In this document: positions 47,389 through 58,118 of the stretch, one piece after another
How positions within the stretch are numbered: the first letter of the stretch is position 1
How the letters are laid out: the number at the start of each line of letters is the position of its first letter
NCBI GenBank assembly: GCA_965229345.1
Contig: OZ245872.1
Coordinates: 3,094,971-3,158,970, forward strand
Reading direction: 5' to 3'
Length of the DNA stretch: 64,000 nt
Origin: Burkholderiaceae bacterium
GTDB lineage: Bacteria > Pseudomonadota > Gammaproteobacteria > Burkholderiales > Burkholderiaceae_C
Notes under the pieces: generated by a model
Database searches by the model: none
Seen by the model: the letters and a program-made list of their open reading frames with translations, nothing else
What the model was told of the DNA's origin: nothing
Translations under genes and position numbers: made by a program

Positions 47389-48288
47389 ATGAAAACCACT
47401 GCACTCAAACCGATCCGCCTGCGTGACCGTCTGTTCCAGCAGGAAGACCTCAACTTCCTGTTGACCAACCGGGTGCCGCGCATCGCGCTGACGCACTTCA
47501 TCGGCTGGTTCAGCAAGCTCGAGATTCCGTGGGTCACGCGCGCGTCGATCGCGGTGTGGAAGGCCTTCTCCGACCTCGATCTGAGCGAAGCGCGCAAGAC
47601 CACCTTCACCAGCTTGCACGACTGCTTCATCCGCGAGCTGAAGCCCGGCCTGAGGCCGATCGACACCGACCCCGACCTGCTCAGCAGCCCCTGCGACGCC
47701 ATCGTCGGTGCCTGTGGCGCGGTGCAGGGGGTGTCCGTGTTCCAGGCCAAAGGGTTTCCGTACACCCTGCGGGACCTGCTCGGAAATGACGACACCGCAG
47801 CAGCAGCAGCCGAGCGCTACCGTGACGGCTGCTACGTCACGTTGCGGCTGACCTCCGGCATGTACCACCGCTTTCATGCGCCGCATGACTGCCGGGTCGA
47901 CCATGTCAGCTACATCTCTGGCGACACCTGGAACGTGAACCCGATCGCACTCAAACGGGTCGAGCAGCTGTACTGCAAGAACGAGCGTGCGGTGATCCGC
48001 ACCAGGCTGGAGGCTGGCGGGCACGAGGTCACGCTGGTGCCAGTGGCGGCGATCCTGGTGGCCAGCATCCGGCTTCATTTCCTCGACGTGCTGCTGCACC
48101 TGAAGTACCGCGGCCCGAACCAGATGCCTTGCGACGCCCGCTTCGACAAGGGCGACGAGATGGGGTGGTTCCAGCACGGGTCAACCATCATCGTGCTGGC
48201 ACCGAAGGGCTTCACGCTGTGCTCCGGGGTCGACGCCGGAACCCTGATTCGCGCGGGTCAGCCATTGATGAGGCTGCCCGGCGTCTGA
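47389..48288 (+). CDS. psd: phosphatidylserine decarboxylase family protein
   Basis: YVTLRLTSGMYHRFHAP and the self-cleavage region FQHGSTIIVL. Confidence 0.75.
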   Translation: MKTTALKPIRLRDRLFQQEDLNFLLTNRVPRIALTHFIGWFSKLEIPWVTRASIAVWKAFSDLDLSEARKTTFTSLHDCFIRELKPGLRPIDTDPDLLSSPCDAIVGACGAVQGVSVFQAKGFPYTLRDLLGNDDTAAAAAERYRDGCYVTLRLTSGMYHRFHAPHDCRVDHVSYISGDTWNVNPIALKRVEQLYCKNERAVIRTRLEAGGHEVTLVPVAAILVASIRLHFLDVLLHLKYRGPNQMPCDARFDKGDEMGWFQHGSTIIVLAPKGFTLCSGVDAGTLIRAGQPLMRLPGV

Positions 48289-48480
48289 AGGCAGACCAGG
48301 GTCGTTCTGCGGGGCTCGGCGTCTGGTGGGTCTACAACGCTGCGCAAAGCTGCCGAAGACACCGGGATGAGGCAGCACTCGAACCCTGCAGAACCCCGAA
48401 ACAGCGACCGGTCAGCCGGCGTTGGCGGGTGTAAAACCACGTGCTGCGACCTCGCACCATATCGACACAGGAAAGACCGC

Positions 48481-49182
48481 TTGAAGCAATTACACCGAAC
48501 CGCATGGTTGGTCGGCAGCCTGCTGTGCGTGGCCGCACCATTTCAATGCAAAGCCGGTCGGCCACTGGCAACGGACGATGCCGACGTGCTGGAGCGGGCC
48601 GATTGCGAGTGGGAAGGTGTGTACACGCGGCAAACAGCCCATCGCTCCGCGGCGGAGAACGGGTGGGAGACACAGCTGAGCTGCGGTGTCGGACTGGCGA
48701 CCCAGCTGGCGCTGGCCTACGGCCAGGCCCGTGCCGCCGACCGCACCTCGCGCAACGTGACGCTGCTGGGCAAGACCGGGCTGATCGACCGCAAGGATGA
48801 CGGTATCGGTCTCAGCCTGGCCTGGACGATCGGCGGCGTCAGGAACCACGACGAATCGTTCAAACACGACTTCAGCCAGCTTTATCTGGCGGCCTCACAA
48901 GAGGTGGTGAAAAACGTGACCTGGCACGCCAACCTGGGCTGGCTGCACGATCAGATCGAACACCGGAGCCACACCACCTGGAATATCGCCGGGGAGTACG
49001 CGCTGGGCAACGGCGTCGATGTGGTGGGGGAGTTCTACGGCGAGTCGCACATCAAGCCCTGGTGGGGTGTCGGCACACGCTGGCAGGCCACCGAGGCACT
49101 GAGCCTGAACGCGGGCTTTGGCCTGCAAACCGAGCAACCGCGAATCCGGCAGTGGTCGGTCGGGTTCAAGTACGCGTTCTGA
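48481..49182 (+). CDS. outer-membrane beta-barrel protein (MetA-pathway/transporter-like)
   Basis: TTG start after AGGAAAG, a signal-like N-terminus, alternating beta-strand pattern and a terminal FKYAF. Confidence 0.5.
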   Translation: MKQLHRTAWLVGSLLCVAAPFQCKAGRPLATDDADVLERADCEWEGVYTRQTAHRSAAENGWETQLSCGVGLATQLALAYGQARAADRTSRNVTLLGKTGLIDRKDDGIGLSLAWTIGGVRNHDESFKHDFSQLYLAASQEVVKNVTWHANLGWLHDQIEHRSHTTWNIAGEYALGNGVDVVGEFYGESHIKPWWGVGTRWQATEALSLNAGFGLQTEQPRIRQWSVGFKYAF

Positions 49183-49419
49183 ACGGCGCTTTCGGTTCTG
49201 CGGGCTGACGGGCAACGGACAACCCGGCAGCGGCGCGATCACGCCACAAACACGCCCCCGCGATCCGGGGGGATGGCGCCGTCAGGCCGTGATGCGGCAC
49301 ACGGAAAGCGGATTGGCGACTTGAGCCACCCGGCACAGCGGCCATCGGCCCGCTAAGGTGCACTCATTACCTTTGAATGGCCGCCTCCGGGCTGCGTTCA
49401 AAGCCGATCACCGCAACGA

Positions 49420-50121
49420 ATGATGGCCATGACACACCTCCTCTCCCGACATTGGCTGGGCGCCTGCCTGGTCCTCGGCGCCGCGCAGGCCCAGGCCACG
49501 CTGGTTGATTTCCAGGGATTTGCCAACGGCTCGCGCACGGTCAATTTCGCGTTGTCAGCACCCAACGTCACCACCTCGGGCTACACCGAAGCGGGCGGCT
49601 TCAACACGCTGGTGGACAACAGCCGGCTCGTGACCAGCTACTGCGTGGACCTGTACGAGTTTCTGAGCTTCTCCGACCCGGCCTACACCAACTACAACCT
49701 CGTCGATGGCTCACTGCACGCCTTCAAGAACACGCGTGCTGACAACGACATCGGCAAGCTGTTTTCCGCGGGTCACGTGGTGAACACCGCGACACGTCAG
49801 GCTGCTTTTCAGATTGCTGTTTGGGAACTCGCCTATGAGACCGCAGCGACGTACGACGTGAATTCAGGAGCCGCAAGGTTCTTTGGTGGATCTGCAGCGG
49901 ACCCGGGCGGTGCCCTGTCGCTGGCCAGCGAGTGGCTCAGCCAACTCAGCTCGATCACCAACACCGCCGATGTGCAGGTGCTGGAAAGCTTCACCCGAGG
50001 CAACGTCCTGGGCCACCAGGATCAGGTCTTCGTCAACCGGGTACCCGAGCCTTCGTCGGTCGCGCTGGCTTTGGCCGCCATGCTGTGCCTGGGCTTCGTG
50101 AACCGTCGTCGCCAGCGCTGA
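49420..50121 (+). CDS. PEP-CTERM sorting-domain secreted protein
   Basis: Signal peptide plus a C-terminal VPEPSSVALALAAMLCLGFVNRRRQR. Confidence 0.75.
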   Translation: MMAMTHLLSRHWLGACLVLGAAQAQATLVDFQGFANGSRTVNFALSAPNVTTSGYTEAGGFNTLVDNSRLVTSYCVDLYEFLSFSDPAYTNYNLVDGSLHAFKNTRADNDIGKLFSAGHVVNTATRQAAFQIAVWELAYETAATYDVNSGAARFFGGSAADPGGALSLASEWLSQLSSITNTADVQVLESFTRGNVLGHQDQVFVNRVPEPSSVALALAAMLCLGFVNRRRQR

Positions 50122-50150
50122 CGCCACGGCGACCCTTCGAGCCAAGGGCC

Positions 50151-50906
50151 TCAGAACTCCATGTCGAGTTCTTCGATGTCCTCGTGTTCGAGCTTGGCAG
50201 CGGCGATCCACTCCTTCATCTCGGGCATCGCCATGATCTGCTTGCAATAGGCACTGCAGACGCGGTCGACACTGACGTGGTACGTCAGAAATCGGGTGAC
50301 CACCGGAGCGTACATCGCGTCGGCGATGCAAGGCTTGTCGCCAAACAGGAACGGGCCGCCGTACTTCGCGATGCAATCGCGCCAGATGGCCGTGATGCGC
50401 TCGATGTCGCCCTCGGCCTTGGCCCAGACCTTGTAGCCAGGGAAGTCCCCTTTGAGGTTCATGGGCAGTGCCGAGCGCAAGCTGCTGAAGCCGGAGTGCA
50501 TCTCGCCGCAGATGGCGCGGCAGTGCGCGCGTGCGGCCATGTCGGCGGGCAGCAAGCCGGCGTCGGGCTTGACCTCGTTGAGGTACTCACCGATGGCCAG
50601 CGTGTCCCACACCTTGGTACTGCCGTGCGTGAGGCAAGGCACCAGGATCGATGGCGACAGCAGCAGGATTTCCTTGCGCGCATTCGCGTCGTCGGGCGAC
50701 ACCATCACCTCAGTGAACTCCAGCCCCGCAAGCTTGGCGATCAGCCATCCGCGCAGCGACCACGACGAATAGTTCTTGCTGCTCAGCGTGATCGAAGCGT
50801 CTGCACCAACGCGCGACTTCGGCACCGACCGCACCGGTGCAGCACTGCGCTTCGGCTTGGCGGCGACGGAGCGGCCCTGCGATCGGGTCTTAGGTGCAGT
50901 GGCCAT
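50151..50906 (-). CDS. glutathione S-transferase family protein
   Basis: Thioredoxin-like N-domain ITLSSKNYSSWSLRGWL and an alpha-helical C-domain. The basic N-terminal 38 aa may be over-extended. Confidence 0.7.
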   Translation of the reverse strand: MATAPKTRSQGRSVAAKPKRSAAPVRSVPKSRVGADASITLSSKNYSSWSLRGWLIAKLAGLEFTEVMVSPDDANARKEILLLSPSILVPCLTHGSTKVWDTLAIGEYLNEVKPDAGLLPADMAARAHCRAICGEMHSGFSSLRSALPMNLKGDFPGYKVWAKAEGDIERITAIWRDCIAKYGGPFLFGDKPCIADAMYAPVVTRFLTYHVSVDRVCSAYCKQIMAMPEMKEWIAAAKLEHEDIEELDMEF

Positions 50907-51077
50907 GGTTGCAACTCCTGGGTGACGTTATGCTCAAGTCGAGTGCAAGCGCTGTGCCAATCGACGCGTTCATGATGACACGGCACGCCTGAAACCGGTT
51001 CACAGACCCTTCGCGATCCACTTGCTGGCGCAGGAGTTGCAAGAGTACAAGCCATGGCCAGTTCTTGGGGGGAATGG

Positions 51078-52319
51078 ATGATGTACGAGGCTTACCAGGC
51101 ACAGACGGACCTGATGTGGCCGCTGCGCACCTTCACCAAGGCCGCGCTCCCCATGCTGAAGGACGACACCTACGGCTGGAACCGCTGGATGCCCAACCGC
51201 AAGCTGGCGGCCGCGCTGGAAGTGTTCGATCTCAGCGAGGTGACGCACAAGCGTCGCCCATTCGCCATCGATCAGGTCACCGTGACAGGCGCAGATGCGC
51301 CGGTGGCCGTGACCGAAAAGGCCGCCCATGTCGCCTCGTTTGCGACCCTGCTGCACTTCAAGAAAGTCACCGACAAGCCGCACCCCAAGGTGCTGATCGT
51401 GGCGCCGATGTCCGGGCACTTCGCCACGCTGCTGCGCGAAACCGTGCGCACCATGCTGGCCGATCACGATGTCTACATCACCGACTGGCACAACGCGCGC
51501 GACGTCCCGCTGTCGCACGGCCGGTTCGGGCTCGACGAGTACACCGAGCACATCATCGAGTTTCTGAACATCATGGGCCCGGGCTCGCACCTGATGGCCA
51601 TTTGTCAGCCCTGCGTCTCGGCCCTGGCGGCGACCGCGGTGATGTCGGAAGACCAGCACCCGGCCACGCCCATCAGCCTCACGCTGATGGCAGGTCCGAT
51701 CGATTGCCGCATCAGCCCGACCGCGGTCAACCAGCTCGCGGTCACCAAGCCGATCGAATGGTTCGAGTCCCACCTGATCGGCCGTGTGCCGCTGCGCTAT
51801 CCAGGGGGTGGCCGAAGGGTATATCCCGGCTTCGTGCAGTTGACTGCCTTCATGAGCATGAACAAGGAGCGACACGTCAACTCCTTCAAGGAGCTCTACG
51901 ATCTGCTGCAGAAACAAGAGGCCGAAGGTCTGCAGAAGGCCGAAGCCACGCGCAGCTTCTACGAGGAATACTTCGCCGTGGCCGACCTGCCCGCCGAGTT
52001 CTATCTGGAAACGGTCAAGGCGGTGTTTCAGGACTACGCCCTGCCTCAGGGCGAGTTGATGTTCAAGGACCGGGTGGTCAAGCCATCGGCCATCCGACGC
52101 ACCGCGTTGTTGACAGTCGAAGGCGAGCGAGACGACATCTGCGCAGTCGGCCAGACGCTGGCTGCCCACGATCTGTGCACCGGTCTGCGCGACTACCTGA
52201 AAACGCACTATGTGCAGCCTGGCGTCGGCCACTACGGCGTGTTCAGCGGCCGGCGCTGGAACAGCACCATCTACCCGATGGTGCGCGAATCGATCTACAC
52301 CGCACAGTCGTCGCTTTGA
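51078..52319 (+). CDS. phaZ: intracellular polyhydroxyalkanoate depolymerase
   Basis: MMYEAYQAQTDLMWPLR..., VLIVAPMSGHFATLLR and LLTVEGERDDI are typical of the PhaZ (TIGR01849-type) family. Confidence 0.8.
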   Translation: MMYEAYQAQTDLMWPLRTFTKAALPMLKDDTYGWNRWMPNRKLAAALEVFDLSEVTHKRRPFAIDQVTVTGADAPVAVTEKAAHVASFATLLHFKKVTDKPHPKVLIVAPMSGHFATLLRETVRTMLADHDVYITDWHNARDVPLSHGRFGLDEYTEHIIEFLNIMGPGSHLMAICQPCVSALAATAVMSEDQHPATPISLTLMAGPIDCRISPTAVNQLAVTKPIEWFESHLIGRVPLRYPGGGRRVYPGFVQLTAFMSMNKERHVNSFKELYDLLQKQEAEGLQKAEATRSFYEEYFAVADLPAEFYLETVKAVFQDYALPQGELMFKDRVVKPSAIRRTALLTVEGERDDICAVGQTLAAHDLCTGLRDYLKTHYVQPGVGHYGVFSGRRWNSTIYPMVRESIYTAQSSL

Positions 52320-52347
52320 GCGCCGGCCGGGCCCACTGCCCCACGCG

Positions 52348-54366
52348 CTAGGCGGGCAGCTTGAAGGTGGCGACCTCCTCGGCCAGTTCCACCGCCTGAT
52401 CCCTGAGGCTGGCCGCAGCCGCTGCGGTCTCCTCGACCAGCGCCGCGTTCTGCTGAGTCATGCGATCGAGCTGCTGAACCGACGCACCCACGGAGGACAC
52501 CCCCGCACTCTGCTCGGAGGCTGCCGTGGAGACTTCGGCCAGCAGCCCGTTGATGCGCTCGGCGTTTGTGACCAACTCGGACATGGTTGCGCCAGCCCCT
52601 TCAGCCACCCGCGTTCCGGATTCGATGCGCTCGACGCTGGTGCTGATGAGTGTGCTGATTTCCTTGGCGGCGTCGGCGCTGCGCTTGGCCAGATTGCGCA
52701 CTTCGGCAGCCACCACCGCGAAGCCGCGGCCCTGCTCACCGGCACGTGCGGCCTCGACGGCGGCGTTCAAGGCGAGGATGTTGGTCTGGAAAGCAATGCC
52801 GTCGATCGTGCTGATGATCTCGCCGATCTCCTTCGACGATTGGTGTATCGCCTGCATGGTGGTGATCATCTGCCCAATGACTTCGCCACCACGAACCGCC
52901 GCCTGGGCATTGGCCGAGGCCGCCTCGGAGGCCTGAGCCACGTTGTCGGCGGTCTGCCGGACGGTGGACGAGATCTCTTCCATCGACGACGCGTTCTCTT
53001 CCAGGTTGGCCGCCGTTTCCTCGGTTCGCTTGGACAGGTCCATCGACGCCGAGGCAATCTCCGTGCTGGCGTGCACGATGGATTCGGAGGTCCCTCGCAC
53101 CTGGGTCACGATCTTGCGCAGCGAGGTCTGCATGTCTGCCAACGAGAGCATCAGCTTGGCCGCTTCGTCCCGACCCCATGGCCTGGGAATCGTGGTCAGG
53201 TCGCCACGTGTCATCGCCTCGAGGTGGCGCTGCGTCTCCCGGATGCCGCCCTGGGTAACCAGGTAGAACGAATAGAACAGGTAGCCGCCTATCGCCACGC
53301 ACACCACGATCAGGATGGCCTCGCCCAGCAGCGCTTCTTCAGAGCCCAGGATGCGGTCGTCCAACACCGTGGTGACGCGTTCGAACAGCTTGCCGTTCAT
53401 GTCACGCTGCCGAGCCATCGCCTCATCGCCAAGCGACAGCAGAACATTCGGCGCGCCCTGGAGTCGGTCGCCCAGAACCTGGGATTTCAGGCCGGACAGG
53501 AAAGCGTCGAACGCATGGTCCGATTCCGTCATGCCGTACTGCTGCTTCTCGGCTTCCGGCCGACCGGCCACGCCATTCTGATAAGCGGCCTCGTCGAACG
53601 CATCGAGAAAACGCTGGATCGAGAACGACACCATCAAGGTTTGACGGCGCTCGGCACCCATGTCGTGGGTCTTCAGCGCGAGGGCACCCAGCGTGTTGAG
53701 CTGGGAGGTGAATTCGGTTTGCTTGGGGCCGAAGATCATCGCCTTGTTGATCAGGTGATACGACTCGGACTCCGGATCCAGGATCAGGCCGGACGCATTG
53801 ACGACCTTGACGCCGAGTTCCAGCGCCGCAGCAATGACCTCGGTGTGCGCCTTGAAGGTGTCATCGGGCGTGTCGCCGACGGGCCGAGCCTCGTTGCCCT
53901 TGGCCAGCTGACTGAACAGCTCGAACGCCTCGCGGGTGCCCAGGTGATCGCCTTGCAGCGCTTGCTGAGCCTCGATCCGGCTCATCGCCTGGGTCGCTTT
54001 TTGCTGCCAGTCGGCCACCGAGGCCTCGCCCAGCATCGCCGCCTGGCGCCGCGCCTGGGCGATCGTGACCCATTCCAGGACCGGCTGGACGAAATCGATC
54101 CCCTGGCGCTCGGCATGCGTCGCTGCCAGCAGGGTGGTCTCGGTCTTCCATTGCAGATACGACATCACGCACAGCGGCAGCAGCAGCGCCATGGACACCC
54201 ACAGCGCCTTGGTTCTGAACTGCAGCGTGCGAAACAGCTTGACGCCCGGCGACCAGATCCCTTGATGGCTGAAGAACTCGACGATTCCCGGCATCTCCGC
54301 GGTTCTGCGGGAGTGCTCCACGCTGGCCTTCGAAGGATTGCTCAAGCGGGTGACAGCGGTGTTCAT
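52348..54366 (-). CDS. methyl-accepting chemotaxis protein
   Basis: Two TM segments, a HAMP region and the highly conserved signalling domain IAFQTNILALNAAVEAARAGEQGRGFAVVAAEVRNLA. Confidence 0.9.
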   Translation of the reverse strand: MNTAVTRLSNPSKASVEHSRRTAEMPGIVEFFSHQGIWSPGVKLFRTLQFRTKALWVSMALLLPLCVMSYLQWKTETTLLAATHAERQGIDFVQPVLEWVTIAQARRQAAMLGEASVADWQQKATQAMSRIEAQQALQGDHLGTREAFELFSQLAKGNEARPVGDTPDDTFKAHTEVIAAALELGVKVVNASGLILDPESESYHLINKAMIFGPKQTEFTSQLNTLGALALKTHDMGAERRQTLMVSFSIQRFLDAFDEAAYQNGVAGRPEAEKQQYGMTESDHAFDAFLSGLKSQVLGDRLQGAPNVLLSLGDEAMARQRDMNGKLFERVTTVLDDRILGSEEALLGEAILIVVCVAIGGYLFYSFYLVTQGGIRETQRHLEAMTRGDLTTIPRPWGRDEAAKLMLSLADMQTSLRKIVTQVRGTSESIVHASTEIASASMDLSKRTEETAANLEENASSMEEISSTVRQTADNVAQASEAASANAQAAVRGGEVIGQMITTMQAIHQSSKEIGEIISTIDGIAFQTNILALNAAVEAARAGEQGRGFAVVAAEVRNLAKRSADAAKEISTLISTSVERIESGTRVAEGAGATMSELVTNAERINGLLAEVSTAASEQSAGVSSVGASVQQLDRMTQQNAALVEETAAAAASLRDQAVELAEEVATFKLPA

Positions 54367-54495
54367 CTACGACTCCATGCGTTCGACAGTCCGGAAAACG
54401 TGGGGTTGGGCCTGAAAGCCAACCACCACTGTCAGAGTTTTCGGACACCGACACCCCGGCTGTAGGGGTTCAGATGAAGTTTTTTGAACCAGATG

Positions 54496-55602
54496 TCAGC
54501 GCGGAGCTCGCTGGGCCGCAATCGGAGCGGCGGCGACCTCCACATCGCCACATTGCGCGCGGTGGCGCAGCGCGTGGTCCATCAGCACCAGCGCCAGCAT
54601 GGCTTCAGCGATAGGCGTCGCACGGATGCCGACGCAGGGGTCGTGGCGACCGAAGGTCTCCACGGTGGCCGGCTGGCCGTCGAGGTCGATCGACTGGCGG
54701 GGGCTGCGGATCGAGCTGGTCGGCTTGATCGCGATGGACACCGTGATGTCCTGCCCAGTGGAAATGCCGCCGAGCACCCCCCCCGCGTTGTTGCTGGCGA
54801 AACCCGACGGGCTCAGCTCGTCGCCATGCGTCGTTCCGCGCTGGCTCACGCTGGCAAAGCCGGCGCCGATCTCGACGCCCTTGACGGCGTTGATGCCCAT
54901 CATCGCGTGGGCGATGTCGGCGTCGAGCTTGTCGAACAGCGGTTCGCCCCAACCCACCGGAACGCCATGCGCCGCCACCTCGATGCGAGCGCCGCACGAG
55001 TCGCCCGCCTGGCGCAGCGCGTCCATGTAGGCCTCCAGCCGGGAAATGTCAGTGACATTGGCAGCGAAAAAGGGGTTGTTCGGAACGTGTTCAATCGATT
55101 CGAACGGGATGGCGATCTCGCCCAGCTGCGACATGTGCCCGGAAAAAGTCACGCCGTGATGCTCGCGCAGCCACTTTTTCGCCACCGCACCCGCACCGAC
55201 CATCGGCGCCGTGAGCCGTGCCGAGCTGCGGCCACCACCGCGTGGATCGCGCAGGCCGTACTTGTGCCAGTAGGTGTAGTCGGCGTGCCCCGGTCGGAAG
55301 GTCTGCAGGATGTTGCCGTAATCCTTGCTGCGCTGGTCGGTGTTGCGGATCAGCAGACAGATCGGTGTGCCGGTGGTTCGTCCTTCGTACACGCCGGACA
55401 GGATCTCGACCGCGTCGGGCTCGTTGCGTTGCGTCACATGGCGGCTGGTGCCCGGGCGGCGGCGGTCGAGCTCGGGCTGGATGTCGGCTTCGCTCAGTGG
55501 CAGCCCGGGCGGACAGCCATCGATCACGCAACCGATGGCCGGACCATGGGACTCACCGAAGTTGGTGACGCAGAACAGGTGGCCGAGGGTGCTGCCGGAC
55601 AT
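54496..55602 (-). CDS. aroC: chorismate synthase
   Basis: [19 protein letters not shown] and [10 protein letters not shown]. Internal ATG of ORF 54496..55686. Confidence 0.95.
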   Translation of the reverse strand: MSGSTLGHLFCVTNFGESHGPAIGCVIDGCPPGLPLSEADIQPELDRRRPGTSRHVTQRNEPDAVEILSGVYEGRTTGTPICLLIRNTDQRSKDYGNILQTFRPGHADYTYWHKYGLRDPRGGGRSSARLTAPMVGAGAVAKKWLREHHGVTFSGHMSQLGEIAIPFESIEHVPNNPFFAANVTDISRLEAYMDALRQAGDSCGARIEVAAHGVPVGWGEPLFDKLDADIAHAMMGINAVKGVEIGAGFASVSQRGTTHGDELSPSGFASNNAGGVLGGISTGQDITVSIAIKPTSSIRSPRQSIDLDGQPATVETFGRHDPCVGIRATPIAEAMLALVLMDHALRHRAQCGDVEVAAAPIAAQRAPR

Positions 55603-55783
55603 GGCGACGGGCTTTCGAGGTGTGCAAGGTGGTGGGTGTGCCTCGACGCGGCGCTGCCGCGTCAGACCAGACAGCGAGCATAGCAATCAAGCCAGCAGCC
55701 TGGCGCACCACGCCCGGCCCGTCTGTCGCACCGCCGCACGTTCCCGGTGCATCACCGGCAAGGCGGCGCACCCAAAGGCAGTG

Positions 55784-56266
55784 TCAGCCCGTGGACTGGC
55801 CGGAGGCTTCCGCAGACTCTTTCGCCGCACCGTCAGCCGGCCAGTCGCGGATGTACGCCTTCAGCATGCGGTTTTCGAAGTCCTGCGAATCGACCACCGC
55901 CTTCGCGACGTCGTAGAACGAGATCACACCCATCAGCGTGCGCTGTGTCATCACCGGCATGTAGCGGGCATGGTGGCCGAGCATCATGCGGCGCACCTCG
56001 TCCATTTCGGTGTCGGGCGTACAGGTCAGCGGGCTGTCGTCCATCACCGAACGCACGATCACCGAGCCGACCATGCCACCGTTGCGCACGATGGCCTGGA
56101 TGACCTCTCGAAAGGTCAGCATGCCGACCAGTTCGCCGTGGTCCATCACGACCAGGGACCCGATGTCCTTCTCGGCCATCGTCTGCAGGGCTTGCGACAG
56201 GGGCGTGTCGGGACCGACGGTGTACAGCGTATTGCCCTTGGCAGTCAGGATGTGGGTGACTTTCAT
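55784..56266 (-). CDS. CBS-domain pair protein
   Basis: Two CBS repeats (IGSLVVMDHGELVGMLTFREV and RYMPVMTQRTLMGVISFYDV). Confidence 0.8.
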   Translation of the reverse strand: MKVTHILTAKGNTLYTVGPDTPLSQALQTMAEKDIGSLVVMDHGELVGMLTFREVIQAIVRNGGMVGSVIVRSVMDDSPLTCTPDTEMDEVRRMMLGHHARYMPVMTQRTLMGVISFYDVAKAVVDSQDFENRMLKAYIRDWPADGAAKESAEASGQSTG

Positions 56267-56380
56267 CGGAGTCTCCTCAACACAAGCGAATGGATTCAAT
56301 ATAGACCCAAACCGGGGTGACAGACATCGTCGAATTCGCCCGGGTCGTGGGGATGTGAAAGCGGTGCTCGGCGTCAGCCA

Positions 56381-57628
56381 TCAGGTCGCAATCAGGTCGC
56401 GAAGTGTCAGGCGGTCGAAATTCGCGCGCTGCCAGAACACCTTCAGCTGCGGCGAAGGGTCCAGCAACGTCGTCGCCAGCAGCGCGCGCGCGGCGGTGGT
56501 GTCCGGGTCGCACAGCAACACATGGCGAGCCCCGCCCGGCTCGTCGAGGCGGCCCACCCAATCGAGCGCGACCAGCGCATGCAGCACCGGCTCCACCTGC
56601 AGCGGATCCGCGTTCAACGCCTGTGCGATCTGCTGGGCCGCCAAACCGTGGCCCCCGACCTGCCGCGCTTGCGCCAGACTGCGCAACACCGCCACCGTCA
56701 GTTCGAACCGGTATCCGGGCACATGGCCGCGCTGCACGACGCGGGTCTGCAGCGTCGGCGCATAGGCAGCGATCACCGCACCGAGCAGCACGATGACCCA
56801 GCCCAGGTAGATCCAGATCAGGAAGATTGGCACCGTCGCAAAGGCACCGTAGATCGTTGAATAGGTCGGTACTTGCCGCAGGTACCAACCCAGGGCCTGC
56901 TTGGCCAGTTCGAACCCGATGGCCACGAACACACCACCAGCCAGCGCGTGGCGCCACTGCACCCGGGTGTTGGGCACGTAATAGAAAAGCGCGGCCATGC
57001 CGAGCGCCTGCAAGGCGAACTCCGCCGCCTGCAACAGCACCCCGACGCCGCCGGGCAGCGCGCCGACAAAGCCGCGCGACGCTGAAATGGCATAAGAAGT
57101 GACGCTCAGGCTCAAGCCCAGCAACAGCGGCCCGAGCGTCGCCGCCGCCCAGTACACCAGCACCCGCTGCGCCATCGGCCGTGAAGCACGCACGCGCCAG
57201 ATCGCATTCAGCGTGCGGTCGATGGTCAGCATCAGTGCGATGGCGGTCACCACCAGCACGATCAGGCCGACCGTGCCCAGCCGCTTGGCCTTGCCCGCGA
57301 ACTGCGTCAACGCACTCAGCACCGGCCGGGCGATGCCGTCGGGCACCAGGGCCTGCAGGAAGTATTTTTCCAGCGAGCCCTGGAAGTTGGAGAACATCGG
57401 GAAAGCCGAGAACACCGCCAGCATCACGGTGAACAGCGGCACCAGCGAAATCAGCGTGGTGAAGGTCAGGCTGCCGGCGGTCAGGCCGAGGCGGTCTTCG
57501 CGAAAGCGCTGGCGCAGCGTGTGGACGGTGTCCATCCACGGCCAGGTCTGCAGCGTCACCAGCCAGAGTGCCGCCTGCTGGCGCCAGGTCTCGGCGACCG
57601 TCGCCTTGTGCATCGGGGGGGACTCCAT
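56381..57628 (-). CDS. YihY/BrkB family inner-membrane protein
   Basis: LTAGSLTFTTLISLVPLF... with about 6 TM helices and a C-terminal winged-helix-like extension. Confidence 0.8.
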   Translation of the reverse strand: MESPPMHKATVAETWRQQAALWLVTLQTWPWMDTVHTLRQRFREDRLGLTAGSLTFTTLISLVPLFTVMLAVFSAFPMFSNFQGSLEKYFLQALVPDGIARPVLSALTQFAGKAKRLGTVGLIVLVVTAIALMLTIDRTLNAIWRVRASRPMAQRVLVYWAAATLGPLLLGLSLSVTSYAISASRGFVGALPGGVGVLLQAAEFALQALGMAALFYYVPNTRVQWRHALAGGVFVAIGFELAKQALGWYLRQVPTYSTIYGAFATVPIFLIWIYLGWVIVLLGAVIAAYAPTLQTRVVQRGHVPGYRFELTVAVLRSLAQARQVGGHGLAAQQIAQALNADPLQVEPVLHALVALDWVGRLDEPGGARHVLLCDPDTTAARALLATTLLDPSPQLKVFWQRANFDRLTLRDLIAT

Positions 57629-57636
57629 CGCTGGCT

Positions 57637-58089
57637 ATGATGCCATCGATGAGCCCGAGCACCGCCCCCACCCTGCCCTCCGAGCCCGATGCGCCTGCGT
57701 CGCCGCTGCCGCCCGTCGTTGCCTGGAGCCGCGCTGTCGCCGTGGGCAGCCTGCTCGGGCTGATCGTGCTGGGTCTGGCGTGGGAGCTGGTGCTGGCGCC
57801 GACCGGCAATCGCACGCTGGCGCTGAAGGTGTTGCCACTCGCCGTGCCGCTGGTCGGCCTGTTGAAGAACCGCATGTACACCTACCGTTGGGTCAGCTTG
57901 ATGATCTGGCTGTACTTCATCGAAGGCGTGATCCGTGCCTCGGGCGACCGTGGCCTCAGCGCCTGGCTGGCCGGCGGCGAAGTGCTGCTGTGCGTGCTGC
58001 TGTTCACCGCCTGCGCGGTGCATGTGCGCTGGCGCTTGTACCGAGCACATGCGCTGGCGGCCGCCGCCGCCAGCACGGCCTCCGGCTGA
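57637..58089 (+). CDS. DUF2069 membrane protein
   Basis: LKVLPLAVPLVGLLKNRMYTYRWVSLMIWLYFIEGV is typical of DUF2069. The start is uncertain (ATG at 57637, 57640 or 57649). Confidence 0.6.
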   Translation: MMPSMSPSTAPTLPSEPDAPASPLPPVVAWSRAVAVGSLLGLIVLGLAWELVLAPTGNRTLALKVLPLAVPLVGLLKNRMYTYRWVSLMIWLYFIEGVIRASGDRGLSAWLAGGEVLLCVLLFTACAVHVRWRLYRAHALAAAAASTASG

Positions 58090-58118
58090 CGCTTCGCGTC
58101 GAAGCGCCGCGCTTCGCC

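Noticed and set aside
52210-54465. 751-aa ORF on the + strand
   Set aside because: It is antisense to the methyl-accepting chemotaxis protein, whose signalling domain is unmistakable. The product is low-complexity.
57613-57649. Head-to-head start codons of the YihY and DUF2069 genes only about 8-35 nt apart
   Set aside because: This is most simply explained by start-codon uncertainty and promoters embedded in the neighbouring coding sequence. It is not evidence of a special element.
57099-58118. N-terminal 340 codons of ORF 57099..59519
   Set aside because: This part is antisense to the YihY gene and overlaps the DUF2069 gene. The FAD-oxidase homology begins at the ATG at 58119.
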